A stretch of 64,000 nucleotides of DNA from Alphaproteobacteria bacterium (GCA_964291395.2 OZ219856.1:576001-640000), one strand, 5' to 3'; shown: positions 39,278-50,760, numbered from the stretch's first letter. Notes: generated by a model from the letters alone, not told the origin. Program-made: numbers and translations.

Positions 39278-39580
39278 TCAACCGACCTTCGTCGAACGGA
39301 GGAGAGGCGGCGCCCTAGTCTCCAGCGTCGACTGGTCGAAGCGGCTGGAAGCATGATCGATATCGAAGCCGATCACCTCGCTGCCGGTGTCCGGATCGAC
39401 ATTGAGCCCATCCGACACCTCCCGGATCTCTTGACGCAAGCTGGAGGTATCGTCGGTAAGGCAAACGAAGCGAAACGGCAGAGATAGATGCCGGATGGTC
39501 ATCCCGCACAATCGGTTGACGTAGTGAGGACCGTACAGCGTTCCCCACTTCATGCAAATGACGTTCACCGGTGAAGGCAT
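39278..39580 (-). pseudogene. Truncated glycosyltransferase (ICMKWG family)
   Basis: VNVICMKWGTLYGPHYVNRL..RHLSLPFRFVCLTDD, after which similarity is lost. Confidence 0.65.
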
Positions 39581-39876
39581 GCGCACGAATCTACAGGACC
39601 GGCGGCGCCCTTCGCGCCGGGTTCGTTCCAACGCTTGTCCGGCCGCATCGAGACCATAGGGATACGGCAGCGTGCGTGCCCGTGAGCCAGAGGCGCCGCT
39701 GATCCCCGAAACGCTGCGGCGTGCAGTCGGCGACCGGCTCAACGGGCCTCAGCGTCGTGTCCCGCAACCGCTGCCTGATTGTCGTCGCCAGTTGTTGTCC
39801 GCAACTCCCCTCGGAAGTACAGTGATGTCCCGACGACACACACACGCTTGCATGGTCAAGCGAACAGGAGGACGGA

Positions 39877-40932
39877 ATGATGAGTACCATCAAGGCACTC
39901 TTGGTCCGGTTTTGCTGTGTGGTGTTTTCATCTCTATTCGTCGTGACGGCATCCACCGCCCAGGACGAGAGGCTGTTCACCCTGGGCACCGGAAATCCCG
40001 AGGGTACGGCACTGACGAACGTCACCGTTCAAGTTTTTCAGCCGTCGTTGCGCAAGCATTCAAATGGCAATTTGGACGTGAAGGTCTTCTTCAACGGATC
40101 ACAGTGCAGTGAACAGGCCTGCGGTGAGCACGTGCGTCTGGGTCAGCTCGATATCGGCCAGGTATCGTCCGGCAACATGGGGGCGTTTGGATCGACGTTC
40201 AACATGGTAGTGCTGCCCTACTTGTTCAAAGACAGGCCCTCGGCAAGCCGGGTTCTGAATGATTGGTTGGTAAAGGAAATGCGCAAGCGTGTGGAGGGTG
40301 AAATGGGTTTCTACCTCCTGGCGTTGACGCCTGCGGGCGGTTTCCGGCACCTCGACAATTCGGCGCGGGAGGTCCGTGTCCCCGCCGACCTCAGGGGCAT
40401 AAAGATCCGCGTCACCAAGAGCCCCACGGAATTCAGCCTGATCAAATCCTGGGGCGCTACAGCCGTGCCTTACGACTGGCCTCAGCTCTATCACGGGTTG
40501 CAGACCGGGGTGGTCGAAGGGATGTATATCCCCGATCCGTACTTCTACAACATGAAGTTCCACGAGGTTGTTGGCCACATCACCCACACGGGTGGCGCCA
40601 TCGTGGTCTACTCCCACATCATGGATGCCAAGAGGTTCCGGGCCCTGCCGGAGGCATCCCAGAAAGCCATCAACATGGCTGCGGACGATATGCAGCGCGA
40701 GAGCTTTGCCATCGATGCCGCGTGGATCAAGAAGAAAGAATCGGAGGTGCCGCCAGGTCGTGTCGCAGTGTACAAGCCGACGCCGGACGAGATGAAGCTC
40801 TGGTACAAAGGTGCGACGGACGCTTGGCTCGCGGTCAAGGGATCGTTCGACACTGCGCTCGCTCGCCGGATTCTTGAGGATCAAGGCCAGACCGGGTTGA
40901 TCGAAAATCTCGAGGAGGCCGGGGCTTTGTGA
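39877..40932 (+). CDS. dctP: TRAP transporter substrate-binding protein (paralogue of 28064-29113)
   Basis: Signal peptide, VLPYLF, GGFRH, PADLRGIKIRVTKSP, GLQTGVVEG. Confidence 0.88.
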   Translation: MMSTIKALLVRFCCVVFSSLFVVTASTAQDERLFTLGTGNPEGTALTNVTVQVFQPSLRKHSNGNLDVKVFFNGSQCSEQACGEHVRLGQLDIGQVSSGNMGAFGSTFNMVVLPYLFKDRPSASRVLNDWLVKEMRKRVEGEMGFYLLALTPAGGFRHLDNSAREVRVPADLRGIKIRVTKSPTEFSLIKSWGATAVPYDWPQLYHGLQTGVVEGMYIPDPYFYNMKFHEVVGHITHTGGAIVVYSHIMDAKRFRALPEASQKAINMAADDMQRESFAIDAAWIKKKESEVPPGRVAVYKPTPDEMKLWYKGATDAWLAVKGSFDTALARRILEDQGQTGLIENLEEAGAL

Positions 40933-41225
40933 CGTCCTCCAAATGGGATCGCTGAAGCTGGCCGAGCGGGACAGGAAGCCGGCAAGCGCAATAGGCAGTT
41001 GCCGACTTCCTGTCCATGCTTGGTTTCGAAGGCGATACCTTCGATCTCATGATGGTTCAGGCTCAAGTCCAGTGACCTGAACCCCTTGGCTTCCGCATTC
41101 ATGAGGAGGTCCTGGTTCTGCATAGCGCATTGTCGATGGATACGCACGCGCGCGGCACCTGGCCCAACCAGGGGCCCGCCCCACTCCAACCGATAGGCTT
41201 TGCCACGAACTATGGGTTCAGATGA

Positions 41226-42821
41226 CTAGTCCGTGTCCTGAAGAATCAAGTCCGCCGCTTTCTCGCCAATCATGATCGAGGGCACATTGGTGTTGCTGGA
41301 GGTGTGGAAAGGCATCACGGAGGCGTCCGCCACACGCAGGCAGGCAATACCGTGAACACGAAGTTGCGGATCGACTACGGCATCCCGATCGGTGCCCATG
41401 CGGCAAGTGCCGATCGGATGATGCGAAGACTGTCCTGTCTCGAAAATGTAGTCCTTGAGCTCGTCGTCCGTCGCAACCTTCGGTCCGGGTCTGGTCTCAC
41501 GCACGATTACCGACCGGAAGGCTGACTGGCGGCTGATCCGGCGTGCCAGCTTTACCGCCTGAATGGTCTTGGTCAGGTCGGTCTCATCTGCCAGATAGTT
41601 GGCGCGCAGCGCCGGCGCCGTGTTCGGGTCCGGCGAAGTGAGGTGTACGTATCCGCGCGAGGCGGGATAAAGAAAATAGGCGCCGAGCTGAAACCCGGAA
41701 AATGGGTCAAGATCCTTTCCCAGGTTGCGGACCGGCCCGCTGAACAACTGGCACTGGATGCGGATGTCGGGATAGGGTGCCGTGGCATTGCCGCGGGCGT
41801 ACGCCATGACCTTGAAACTATTGGTGATGAATAGACCGCGCCGGAAGAGCAGCCAGCGCACCATCTCACGTCCACCACGCCAGCGGCTCCGCAGCATGTC
41901 GTTCACCGTGACAGCCCGATCGGTTTCGAACGTGACGCGAGGATGCAGATGATCGCGCAGATTCTCGCCGACACCGGGTAGGTGCTTGACCACCGGGATA
42001 CCGAACTTGCCGAGAATCTCGCCGTTGCCGATTCCCGATAGCTCAAGCAGGTGAGGCGAATGATAGGTTCCGGCTGAAACGATCACCTCCCGCCGCGCCA
42101 CGGTGGTATGCTGCCGACCGTCCACCCTGAAGGCGATTCCCGTCGCCCGGTTGCCGTCAACAGTCACCCGGTCCACCGGCAGATCTAAGCGAACGGTAAG
42201 GTTGGCGCGTCCCTTCGCCGGACGGATGTACCCATCGACGACGCTGGAGCGCATGCCGCGGCGCGTATTCATCTGAATGCGGCAGACACCTTCGCTGAGC
42301 TGACCGTTGTAATCCGCGATTGCCGGCATGCCCATTTCCCTGCACGCCGCCACGAAGGCTTCGGAGATCGGGTCGTCGATATTGATCTCCGTGACGGGGG
42401 TGGGTCCGCCCCGTCCCCGCACGGCCGGATCACCGAACGGGCAGTCCTCCAACCGCTTGAAATACGGCAGGACATCGTAATAGCCCCAGCCCGGGCAACC
42501 GGCATCCCGCCATTCGTCATGGCGCCGTGGCTCGCCGCGGACATAGAGCATGCCGTTGACGGAGCTGGAACCGCCGAGCACGCGCCCATGCGGCCATTCG
42601 ATCGAACGGCCCCCGAGCTCGGGTTCTGACCAGTAGCGCCAGATCGCCCGGTCGATCATCAGCTTGCCGATGCCGAGGGGGACCTTGAACCAGTAACTGT
42701 CGGGCTTCCCGCCCGCTTCGACGAGCAGAACGCGAATGTCGGGTCGCTCGCTCAGGCGGTTGGCGACAGCGCATCCGGCCGAGCCCGCGCCCACCACGAT
42801 ATAGTCGTAGGTCTCATCCAT
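41226..42821 (-). CDS. GMC oxidoreductase (choline dehydrogenase-like)
   Basis: DYIVVGAGSAG, GRVLGGSSSVNGMLYVRG, GENLRDH, HPIGTCRMG, DASVMP..NTNVP. Confidence 0.93.
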   Translation of the reverse strand: MDETYDYIVVGAGSAGCAVANRLSERPDIRVLLVEAGGKPDSYWFKVPLGIGKLMIDRAIWRYWSEPELGGRSIEWPHGRVLGGSSSVNGMLYVRGEPRRHDEWRDAGCPGWGYYDVLPYFKRLEDCPFGDPAVRGRGGPTPVTEINIDDPISEAFVAACREMGMPAIADYNGQLSEGVCRIQMNTRRGMRSSVVDGYIRPAKGRANLTVRLDLPVDRVTVDGNRATGIAFRVDGRQHTTVARREVIVSAGTYHSPHLLELSGIGNGEILGKFGIPVVKHLPGVGENLRDHLHPRVTFETDRAVTVNDMLRSRWRGGREMVRWLLFRRGLFITNSFKVMAYARGNATAPYPDIRIQCQLFSGPVRNLGKDLDPFSGFQLGAYFLYPASRGYVHLTSPDPNTAPALRANYLADETDLTKTIQAVKLARRISRQSAFRSVIVRETRPGPKVATDDELKDYIFETGQSSHHPIGTCRMGTDRDAVVDPQLRVHGIACLRVADASVMPFHTSSNTNVPSIMIGEKAADLILQDTD

Positions 42822-43000
42822 GCCGGCCCGTCGTCCGTATCCCCGTCACCGAATCGAAGAAGTGCCCATCGATTCGAGAATTCTTCCGCAGGACAACTAT
42901 AGTTACATCGGTGAACAGTAGCCTGAAGTTGTGCAAGGAATACCGCGCCATGACGGAGCCCGGCGTACAGGGAAACGAACGCGAGAGTTGGCTTGCGGAA

Positions 43001-43957
43001 TCATCTCCGGCCGCATCGAGACCACAAGGATACGGCGGCGTCGCATACCGCGGCGACCGTGAGACTCCCCATCAGGCTGCCGGTGGTCCGACGATCGTAG
43101 CCCGGTCGGTTGATCAACTCGTCGCAGCTTTCCGGGGTGCGCACCACGCCGGCATGCGGCCCCCACGGCGCGTAATGCTCTTCCCGGCTTGGACCGAACA
43201 GGCCCAAGGTCGGGATTCCCGCCGCGGCGGCCATGTGCATCAAGCCGGAGTCGTTGCCGACAAACAGACTGCAATGGCGAAGAATCGCGAACGCGGTCAG
43301 CAGATCGGTTTTTCCGACCAGATCGATGCGTTGTCGGGCCGGAATTCGCCGGAGCGTGATGTCGGCGTGCTCACGCTCGCCCGCCGCGCCGAACACCGCG
43401 ACTTTGGCGTCGGGCAGAATCCCCTCGGGGTCTGTGAGAGCCTTCGCGACCTCCGCGAATCTTGCGGGATCCCACTGTTTACCGCGCCAGGTGGCGGTCG
43501 GCGCCAAGGCGAGGACGTGTCCGTCCGGCGGCAAGTGGCGCCGCGCCCGCGCGTCATGGTCTTCGGTGATCCACAGCCGCGGCGCCGGCGGCGGCGTCAG
43601 GTTCAAGAACGTTGCCAAGCGCTCGACACGATGCATGTCGTTGCCGCCCCGACCCAGCACGCGGCGTTCGCGGGCCCACACCAGGCGTGACACCAGTGAA
43701 TTGCGCAGGTCGACGACCAGGTCCCAACGGGTCCGAAGGCACTTGCGCCACAACGACCACCAGTGCATCGCCGCGGGACGCTTCTTCAGGACGATCACAT
43801 GATGGATCCGTGACACCGTTTCGAACAGCGGCGCCGCGGCAGGTCCGCAAGCTATGGAAATCTCGGCTTGCGGGTGATCGTCCAGCAAAGCGCCCAGAAT
43901 TCCCGTCGAAAGGACCGCATCGCCGATCCGCGTGTTGGTGATGAACAGAATCTTCAT
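43001..43957 (-). CDS. Glycosyltransferase family 9 (heptosyltransferase-like)
   Basis: RIGDAVLST, KQW, DLVGKTDL, GNDSGLMHMAAA, LGLFGP. Confidence 0.92.
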   Translation of the reverse strand: MKILFITNTRIGDAVLSTGILGALLDDHPQAEISIACGPAAAPLFETVSRIHHVIVLKKRPAAMHWWSLWRKCLRTRWDLVVDLRNSLVSRLVWARERRVLGRGGNDMHRVERLATFLNLTPPPAPRLWITEDHDARARRHLPPDGHVLALAPTATWRGKQWDPARFAEVAKALTDPEGILPDAKVAVFGAAGEREHADITLRRIPARQRIDLVGKTDLLTAFAILRHCSLFVGNDSGLMHMAAAAGIPTLGLFGPSREEHYAPWGPHAGVVRTPESCDELINRPGYDRRTTGSLMGSLTVAAVCDAAVSLWSRCGRR

Positions 43958-44343
43958 TCAAGGACGACTTCGCGGTCGCAGGCGTGCATGCTGGCCAAGG
44001 GCGTCAGGCGTCCGGTACGCCGTAGTCGGGAATGGTGGCTATGCCGAGAGCGCTCGCTGCTTCGTGGACGCGTCGATCCAGCGTTGCGAGGGACGCTCCG
44101 ACGGCGTTGAGCAGGCCTGTGAGCGGCCCGTGGCTCGCCCGCTTTCCGGTCTCGCCGCCGGATGCGCCTACCCGCCCGGGGTCGGCGTAGTACGCTTCTA
44201 CTGCCGCCGCCGGTTTCGTGTCCGTGCCCGTCATCGCCTTTGTTGTGCCCCGGCATGGCGCGGTGCGCAAGCACCCGAGCGGATCGACAGCCTCCGGCGC
44301 TTCATACGGTTTCGGACCGGACCGAACCGGTGCGTCCGGGCGC

Positions 44344-45399
44344 CTAGCGGGCCGCACTCTTCGCGTTCCGAAGACGCCGCAACAGCTCACCGTGATCGGG
44401 GGGGATCCGGTAAGGCACACAGCGCGCGATATCTTCGTCCAGGCTCTCCCATTGGAGGATGTCGAGCTGGTCCGGCGTGAACCGGTCGAAGACGCGGGAA
44501 TCGCCCATCTGCGTGATCGGGTTGCAGGATCCGCGCGTGAAGGCCACCGCCGGCGCGATCTCGGGCGTGAGGATGTGCTCCAGAAACGCCAGTGCGGGAG
44601 CCGTATCGCCCCCGTGGTCGACGACCGACGTCACCTCCAGGAACACGATGGCGCCCCTGCCGCCGACCGGCCCCGAACGCGGGGTGACGGCGCGAACGTT
44701 GCGCTGGCCGTCGCGGCGGGCGGGAGAGGCGGTGTACATGCCGCCGGACAGATAGAAACCGATGGTCCCGTCGACGAGCGCTCGGTTCATCTCGATGTGA
44801 TCGGCGGTGATCAGCGCCGCTCCCGAGAACCATTGCCGGGCCTTGGCTTCGAAGGTGTCCAGCTGCTCCGCCGGGAGAGTGCCGAAGGGGTCGAGGCCGG
44901 CGGCGAAACAGACGTGGAAGATGTTGAAGTCGTCATACTCGAGGACTCCGTACCGTCCCCTATTGACCGGGTCGTCCGCCAGCAGAAATCCTTCGGACTC
45001 CGCCGTATCCCGCGCGATGCTGTCCTCGTTGATCACCATGTTGAACGGGCCGAAGCGCTGGCAGACGCCGATGACGTCGCTTCCATCCCGGCTGCGGGTC
45101 CACCGGTAGAGGTGATCGAACTGCGGCAGCAGGCGCCCGTATTCGGCCGCGAACCGGTCTTGGGGGAGCGCCCGGATCGCACCCGCCGGGTAAAGCACTT
45201 CGCGCGCGAACGGGTTGTTCAGATTGACGACGTCCCAGGATGATCGCTCCGGCCCGACGACGCGGTCGGCCGTATCCGCGTCGGAAACGATGGTCTCGGC
45301 GTGCACGGAATACCCGTGCCGTCCGGTGAACGGTTCGACGACGTTCGGGTCCTCGTATCCTTCCCAGCAGAGGATGTTGAGATCGGCGCGTTCCGGCAT
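44344..45399 (-). CDS. PotD/PotF-like ABC solute-binding protein with no visible signal peptide
   Basis: LNILCWEGY..F, WDVVNLNNP, RFGPFNMVIN, ALVDGTI, FLEHIL. Confidence 0.72.
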   Translation of the reverse strand: MPERADLNILCWEGYEDPNVVEPFTGRHGYSVHAETIVSDADTADRVVGPERSSWDVVNLNNPFAREVLYPAGAIRALPQDRFAAEYGRLLPQFDHLYRWTRSRDGSDVIGVCQRFGPFNMVINEDSIARDTAESEGFLLADDPVNRGRYGVLEYDDFNIFHVCFAAGLDPFGTLPAEQLDTFEAKARQWFSGAALITADHIEMNRALVDGTIGFYLSGGMYTASPARRDGQRNVRAVTPRSGPVGGRGAIVFLEVTSVVDHGGDTAPALAFLEHILTPEIAPAVAFTRGSCNPITQMGDSRVFDRFTPDQLDILQWESLDEDIARCVPYRIPPDHGELLRRLRNAKSAAR

Positions 45400-45431
45400 C
45401 GGCGGGTCAGGCGTTCGTGGCGTCGGTATGT

Positions 45432-45638
45432 CTAGCGGGAACGGATGATGTCGAACCGCGCGCCGTGCCTTGGAACCAGGTCGCGAATGCGCAATTCGAG
45501 ATGGCTCAGCGGCCGGCAACTCGAAAAGAAAATGTGCCTTCGGCCGAAACTGCTCTGCTCGCGCACGTCCAGGAGCGCGAGTTCCCCGCCGTCGTTGATC
45601 TGCGCCTTGAGGTCGGGCGCGCTTGTGCTCTTGGGCAT
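45432..45638 (-). pseudogene. Truncated rhodanese-related sulfurtransferase (N-terminal fragment)
   Basis: DGGELALLDVREQSSFGRRHIFFSSCRPLSHLELRIRDLVPR then stop after 68 aa. Confidence 0.7.
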
Positions 45639-45676
45639 GGGTTCGGGGATTGAAGGAAGGGCGTGCGGTCGGGTCG

Positions 45677-46285
45677 CTATGCCGCGGCGCCGGACTTGTC
45701 GTCGTAGCGATCGACCGTGCCCGCTTCCAGATCGAAGCCGAGCCGATCGGTGACCGCGTCGAGGGACTTTCCGTACATGTGAAGGTGGAGTGTCGGCGTG
45801 TCGCCCACGACCGCGATGCTGTGGATGTCGTCCGGCATCATCGCCACGCCCACGCCCGGTCTGACCACGACTTCGTCGGTTTGCCGCAGGGCCGCCTTTC
45901 CGGGGTCGGAGCCGTCGTCCGTGCGCTCGTAGAACCGGTTGATCTCCTCGCCTTCGACCGCCGCAACGATCGCCCACGTCGTGTGGTTGTGCGGATCGGT
46001 GAGCTTTCCGGGCTTGATGGAGTTCATGTAAAGCGCGAAGCGCCTGTCCGAATCCTCCGACAGGAGGTAGCGGATGTTGGGGGTATCGCCTCCCGGCGGC
46101 GGAAAATCACTCTTCGGAAAGAGCTCCTTCCTCGCGGCGAGCTTGTAGAGTTCCTCGCGCATGTCGTTCAACGCCTCGCGTGTGACGCCCTGGGCTCTCT
46201 CGATTTCGCGAACGCGCGCCAGCATGTCCGCAACCGCGGCAGCCCGTTGGTCCGCGATCGAATTGCTCGCCTCGGCGACGGTCAT
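45677..46285 (-). CDS. Cysteine dioxygenase family thiol dioxygenase (cupin)
   Basis: PHNHTTWA..GEE, DDIHSI, LHLHMYG: 3-His Fe site plus HxY motif. Confidence 0.85.
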   Translation of the reverse strand: MTVAEASNSIADQRAAAVADMLARVREIERAQGVTREALNDMREELYKLAARKELFPKSDFPPPGGDTPNIRYLLSEDSDRRFALYMNSIKPGKLTDPHNHTTWAIVAAVEGEEINRFYERTDDGSDPGKAALRQTDEVVVRPGVGVAMMPDDIHSIAVVGDTPTLHLHMYGKSLDAVTDRLGFDLEAGTVDRYDDKSGAAA

Positions 46286-46481
46286 GGTCCACTCCCTGCA
46301 AAGGATCGTCGTTCGGGTCATTATACCGCAACGGAGCGGCTCGGGACCTTGCGGAAACTCGTTGATAGAGGTTGAAGAATCGGCATGAATTGGGTGTAAG
46401 AAGGGGCCGGTGGATGCGCAGGGCGCGGCGCGGCATCCGGTGACGACCGACACGTGAGGCGCGGCCGCGGAGGGACTCGGG

Positions 46482-46850
46482 ATGCCGATCGTACGCGTGG
46501 ATATTCCCCGGGGGTACACGGATGCCCACAAGGAACGGCTTCGTCGGGGCATCAGGCAGGCGGTCGACGAAGCGCTGGATCCCGCTCAAGAGGAGAGGTT
46601 CCCGGAAACGAGGAAATGGATCTACGTCTCCGTTCACGAAGCCTTCGGCGAAATCGGGGACGGACTGCCCACGGTGACCATCGACACCGGACCGGGCCGG
46701 TCCCGGGAACGGAAAGACCTGTGCGCCAAGCTGATCTGCGACGTATTCGAAACCTACATGAATACCCGGGACGTCTACGTCCTGCTGAGGACGACGGAAG
46801 CCGCGGATCATCTGACCGGAGCCGGCGCCCTTCCCGAATGGAATCCGTAG
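46482..46850 (+). CDS. Tautomerase superfamily protein (two fused beta-alpha-beta units)
   Basis: N-terminal catalytic Pro (MPIVRVDI), GRSRERKDL, DVYVLLR. Confidence 0.78.
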   Translation: MPIVRVDIPRGYTDAHKERLRRGIRQAVDEALDPAQEERFPETRKWIYVSVHEAFGEIGDGLPTVTIDTGPGRSRERKDLCAKLICDVFETYMNTRDVYVLLRTTEAADHLTGAGALPEWNP

Positions 46851-46906
46851 TCGCCTGAACCCGAAGATCCCGGCGCCCCTGCACCAATCCGACCGGAGAC
46901 GCAATC

Positions 46907-47812
46907 ATGTCCGACCTCGAGATCGTCGATCCGCACCATCACTTCTGGGATCTCGATGCTCTCCACTATCCGTGGCTGACGGATCAACCGCTGCCGAGCT
47001 TTCCGTTCGGCGATTACGACGTCCTGCGGCGCAACTATCTGCCCGAGGACTACCGGCGGGACGCGGAAGGGCACAACGTCGTCAAGACGGTCCATGTCGA
47101 AGCGGAACGGCACGTCGGCGACCCGCTGGATGAAACGAATTGGCTGACGCACCTCCATGAGAGAACCGGCGTGCCGAATGCGATCGTGGCGTGGGCGCCC
47201 CTGGTACGCCCCGACACGGAGGAGATCCTCGCCCGGCAGGCCGATAATCCGCTGGTCAGAGGCATTCGGACCAAACCCAAGGTCTCCGAATCGCCGGACG
47301 AGTCGGTCGCGGGAGACCCGGGCACCATGCAGGACGACCTCTGGCTCGGCGATCTGGCCCTCTTCGAGAAATACGGACTGTCCTGGGACATGCGGGTGCC
47401 GTATTGGCATCTCGGGGAAGCCGCCGAAGTCGCCCGCTCGCTGCCCGGCGTCCAGATCATCCTCAATCACGCGGGTCTTCCGTGGGACCGCAGCGACGAG
47501 GGCCTGGAGAGCTGGCGGCAAGGGATGGAAGCCGTCGCCGCGTGCCCGAACGTCACGACCAAGATTTCCTTCCTGTTGGTGCCGGACAGCGCCTGGAACG
47601 ATGATCAGAACGCGCGTGTTATCCGCGACGCCATCGAAGCCTTCGGCGTCGACCGCAGCATGTTCGCCAGCAACTACCCCGTCGACCGGATGCGGGCGTC
47701 GTTCGACACCATCTACTCGCTGTTCAAGCGGACGGCGGCCGACTTCGCCATCGAGGACCAGCGCAAGCTGTTCTCCGAGAACGCGATGCGGATATACAGG
47801 ATCGACGCCTGA
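46907..47812 (+). CDS. Amidohydrolase family protein (lactonase-like)
   Basis: IVDPHHHFWDL, YLPEDY, TVHVEA, ILNHAG, KIS, FGVDRSMFASNYPVD. Confidence 0.88.
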   Translation: MSDLEIVDPHHHFWDLDALHYPWLTDQPLPSFPFGDYDVLRRNYLPEDYRRDAEGHNVVKTVHVEAERHVGDPLDETNWLTHLHERTGVPNAIVAWAPLVRPDTEEILARQADNPLVRGIRTKPKVSESPDESVAGDPGTMQDDLWLGDLALFEKYGLSWDMRVPYWHLGEAAEVARSLPGVQIILNHAGLPWDRSDEGLESWRQGMEAVAACPNVTTKISFLLVPDSAWNDDQNARVIRDAIEAFGVDRSMFASNYPVDRMRASFDTIYSLFKRTAADFAIEDQRKLFSENAMRIYRIDA

Positions 47813-47911
47813 GGAGGCCCGGACGCCGCGAAAACCGGGTCCGATCTGGTTTTCCGAACGGTTTCAATTGGTTAAGAGATATCCGCGGCAAGCCAAGCGT
47901 GGCGGTCCTTG

Positions 47912-47966
47912 ATACTGGACAAATCTACTCTACTTTAATATATACCTGACGAAATCCCTCAGGATT
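47912..47966 (+). promoter_or_regulatory. Two tandem IscR/Rrf2-like operator boxes upstream of the suf operon
   Basis: AT-rich; ATACTGGACAAATCTACTCTACTTT (47912-47936) and ATACCTGACGAAATCCCTCAGGATT (47942-47966, CCTGA/TCAGG dyad) resemble the type-1 IscR motif. Confidence 0.6.
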
Positions 47967-47990
47967 AATCATCTGACTCGGGCACCCGCC

Positions 47991-48488
47991 ATGTTGAGAC
48001 TCGGACGAATGACGGATTGAGCACGGGGTAAGCGTCCTTCACGCCGTGATGGTGATGGGCCACATGGCCCATCGCCACGGCGAGCTGCAGACGACGTCGG
48101 ACGTCGTCCTGTCCACGGGTCTTCCCGTGCCGACCGTCGGCAAGCTGCTGCATCGTCTGGCGGAGCTGGAATTGCTCACGGCCATTCGCGGCCGGAACGG
48201 CGGTTACCGGATGGATCGTCTCACGACGGACATCTCCGTCGCCGAAATCATCGCCGGATTCGAAGGTCCCGTCGCCTTGACCGACTGTCTGCCCGCGGGG
48301 GGCGGGCTCTGTGATTTCGAGGACCGCTGCCAGGTCGGCGGCCGATGGACCACCGTGGCCGAGGCCGTCCAGCGGGTTCTCGACGACTTGACCCTGGCGG
48401 ACATGCTTGGCCGCGCGCCGCGTGGCGTCGGCGGACCGGTCGCGACGGGCGGCCGGGTCCCGATGCCCGGGCCTATCGGGTTCGGGCC

Positions 48489-48492
<4 letters not shown>
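47991..48492 (+). CDS. iscR: Rrf2/IscR-like SUF regulator interrupted by a 22-bp insertion (48019-48040)
   Basis: Deleting 48019-48040 restores [15 protein letters not shown]; RGRNGGY, ISVAEII, three Cys (TDC..LC..RC). Confidence 0.8.
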
Positions 48493-49949
<1,457 letters not shown>

Positions 49950-49983
49950 GCGCCGCGGTCCCTTGTACGGAACGGAAGAAGGA

Positions 49984-50736
49984 ATGCTGGAGATTCGAAA
50001 TCTGCATGCCCGCGTGGACGAACGGGCGGTCCTCAAGGGGATCGATCTGACGATCGCGCGAGGCGAAATCCACGCCGTCATGGGTCCGAACGGTTCCGGG
50101 AAGAGTACGCTCGCGTACGTGCTGGCGGGACGGGACGGATACGAGGTGACCGAAGGGACCGTTCATTACCAGGGCACCGACCTGCTGGACCTCTCGGTTG
50201 AGGAACGCGCGCGCGAGGGAGTCTTTCTCGCCTTCCAGTATCCGGTCGAGATCCCGGGAGTCGCGGGCACGACGTTCCTGCGTACGGCCGTGAACGCGCT
50301 GCGCAAGCATCGAGGCGAGAAAGAGCTCGATGCCATGCAGTTCGTGAAGTTCGTGCGGGAAAAACAGGCTGAGCTGAACATCTCGGACGACATGCTGAAG
50401 CGCCCGGTGAACGTCGGGTTCTCCGGCGGCGAGAAGAAGCGGAACGAGATTCTCCAGATGGCTCTGCTCGAGCCGAAGTTCGCGATGCTCGACGAGACCG
50501 ATTCGGGCCTCGATATCGATGCCCTGAAGACGGTTGCCGACGGTGTCAACGCCTTGCGGGACCCGGCCCGGTCGATGCTGGTGATCACGCACTACCAGCG
50601 CCTTCTCGACTACATCGTGCCCGATCGCGTGCATGTTCTCGCCCATGGCCGGATCGTCAAGTCCGGGGGCAAGGAACTGGCATTGGAACTGGAGAAGGAA
50701 GGATACGGCGCACTGGCGGGCGCCGAGGCCGCTTGA
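49984..50736 (+). CDS. sufC: Fe-S cluster assembly ATPase SufC
   Basis: MGPNGSGKST, AFQYPVEIPGV, GFSGGEKKRNE, LDETDSGLDIDAL, ITHYQRLL. Confidence 0.97.
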   Translation: MLEIRNLHARVDERAVLKGIDLTIARGEIHAVMGPNGSGKSTLAYVLAGRDGYEVTEGTVHYQGTDLLDLSVEERAREGVFLAFQYPVEIPGVAGTTFLRTAVNALRKHRGEKELDAMQFVKFVREKQAELNISDDMLKRPVNVGFSGGEKKRNEILQMALLEPKFAMLDETDSGLDIDALKTVADGVNALRDPARSMLVITHYQRLLDYIVPDRVHVLAHGRIVKSGGKELALELEKEGYGALAGAEAA

Positions 50737-50760
50737 GGCCATGGGATGAGAGTCCAGGAT

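Noticed and set aside
40933-41225. Short ORFs between dctP and the GMC gene
   Set aside because: No recognisable motif or clear RBS in any frame
44004-44233. Short minus-strand ORF ending LATLDRRVHEAASALGI, resembling a PIN-domain C-terminus
   Set aside because: No N-terminal PIN motif; at most a remnant, too weak to call
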